DNA from: an uncultured archaeon | GTDB taxonomy: Archaea > Asgardarchaeota > Heimdallarchaeia > Heimdallarchaeales > Kariarchaeaceae | DNA length: 15,254 bases | Reading direction: 5' to 3' | NCBI GenBank assembly: GCA_964645535.1 | Contig: CAZYCQ010000018.1 | Span: 18,249 to 33,502, forward strand | Shown: positions 15,206 to 15,254 of the stretch, piece by piece | Layout of the letters: each line of letters opens with the position of its first letter | Numbering within the stretch: the stretch's first letter is position 1 | The notes under the pieces: generated by a model | The model's input: only the letters and a program-made list of their open reading frames with translations | Database searches by the model: none | What the model was told of the DNA's origin: nothing | Position numbers and translations under genes: made by a program

Positions 15206-15254
15206 AGTTAAGCCCGGCATCGGACGACCCATGTACTGATTTCCGCGAGGGATC
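15200..15254 (+). repeat. Direct repeat copy 2 (55 bp, perfect, runs to the window end)
   Basis: This is identical to 15037-15091. It contains the BHB strand and the first 49 nt of a second 5S 3' half (15206-15254). Confidence 0.95.

Noticed and set aside
15008-15232. 74-aa minus-strand ORF
   Set aside because: It overlaps the G+C-rich 5S rRNA locus, and its internal repeat simply reflects the 55-bp DNA repeat. The RNA-gene explanation is much stronger.
15037-15254. Possible minimal CRISPR array (two identical 55-bp repeats with a 108-nt spacer)
   Set aside because: There are only two copies, the repeat is too long, the interval is too long for a spacer, and both the repeat and the interval are recognisable 5S rRNA sequence.

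Overview
This is an AT-rich archaeal chromosomal segment. Evidence: archaeal/eukaryote-type ribosomal proteins L3-L4-L23-L2, split methylmalonyl-CoA mutase, archaeal NMNAT and PPAT, GGTGA-type Shine-Dalgarno motifs and oligo-T/TATA signals. Gene order is: small membrane ORF; OppF-like ABC ATPase; unclassified 330-aa membrane protein; OppD-like ABC ATPase; MCM B12-binding and catalytic subunits; NMNAT (-); rpl3-rpl4-rpl23-rpl2; LRR protein (-); small helical protein (-); PH-like protein (+); 984-aa P2-like P-type ATPase; PPAT (-); SPOUT-like protein (-). The window ends in a visibly G+C-richer RNA locus (about 15003-15254). The main finding is that this locus encodes a clear archaeal 5S rRNA whose two halves lie in permuted order. 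The 3' half is joined to the 5' half by an ACG triloop that closes helix I. Leader and trailer sequences can fold into a canonical 3-nt bulge / 4-bp helix / 3-nt bulge (BHB) motif whose predicted cleavage sites fall at the natural 5S junction. A second, perfect 55-bp copy of the start of the 3' half runs to the window end, so the same motif can also be read as a 40-nt BHB intron inside a 5S gene. Secondary observations: rpl3 has about 50 conserved N-terminal codons upstream of the first ATG, with only an ATT codon behind a well-spaced SD. The r-protein cluster is broken after rpl2 by an antisense LRR gene. The OppF/OppD ATPase pair is translationally coupled to a non-canonical membrane protein. 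The P-type ATPase has substituted TM4/TM6 ion-site residues. All calls come from reading the sequence and from remembered family motifs; no searches were run.
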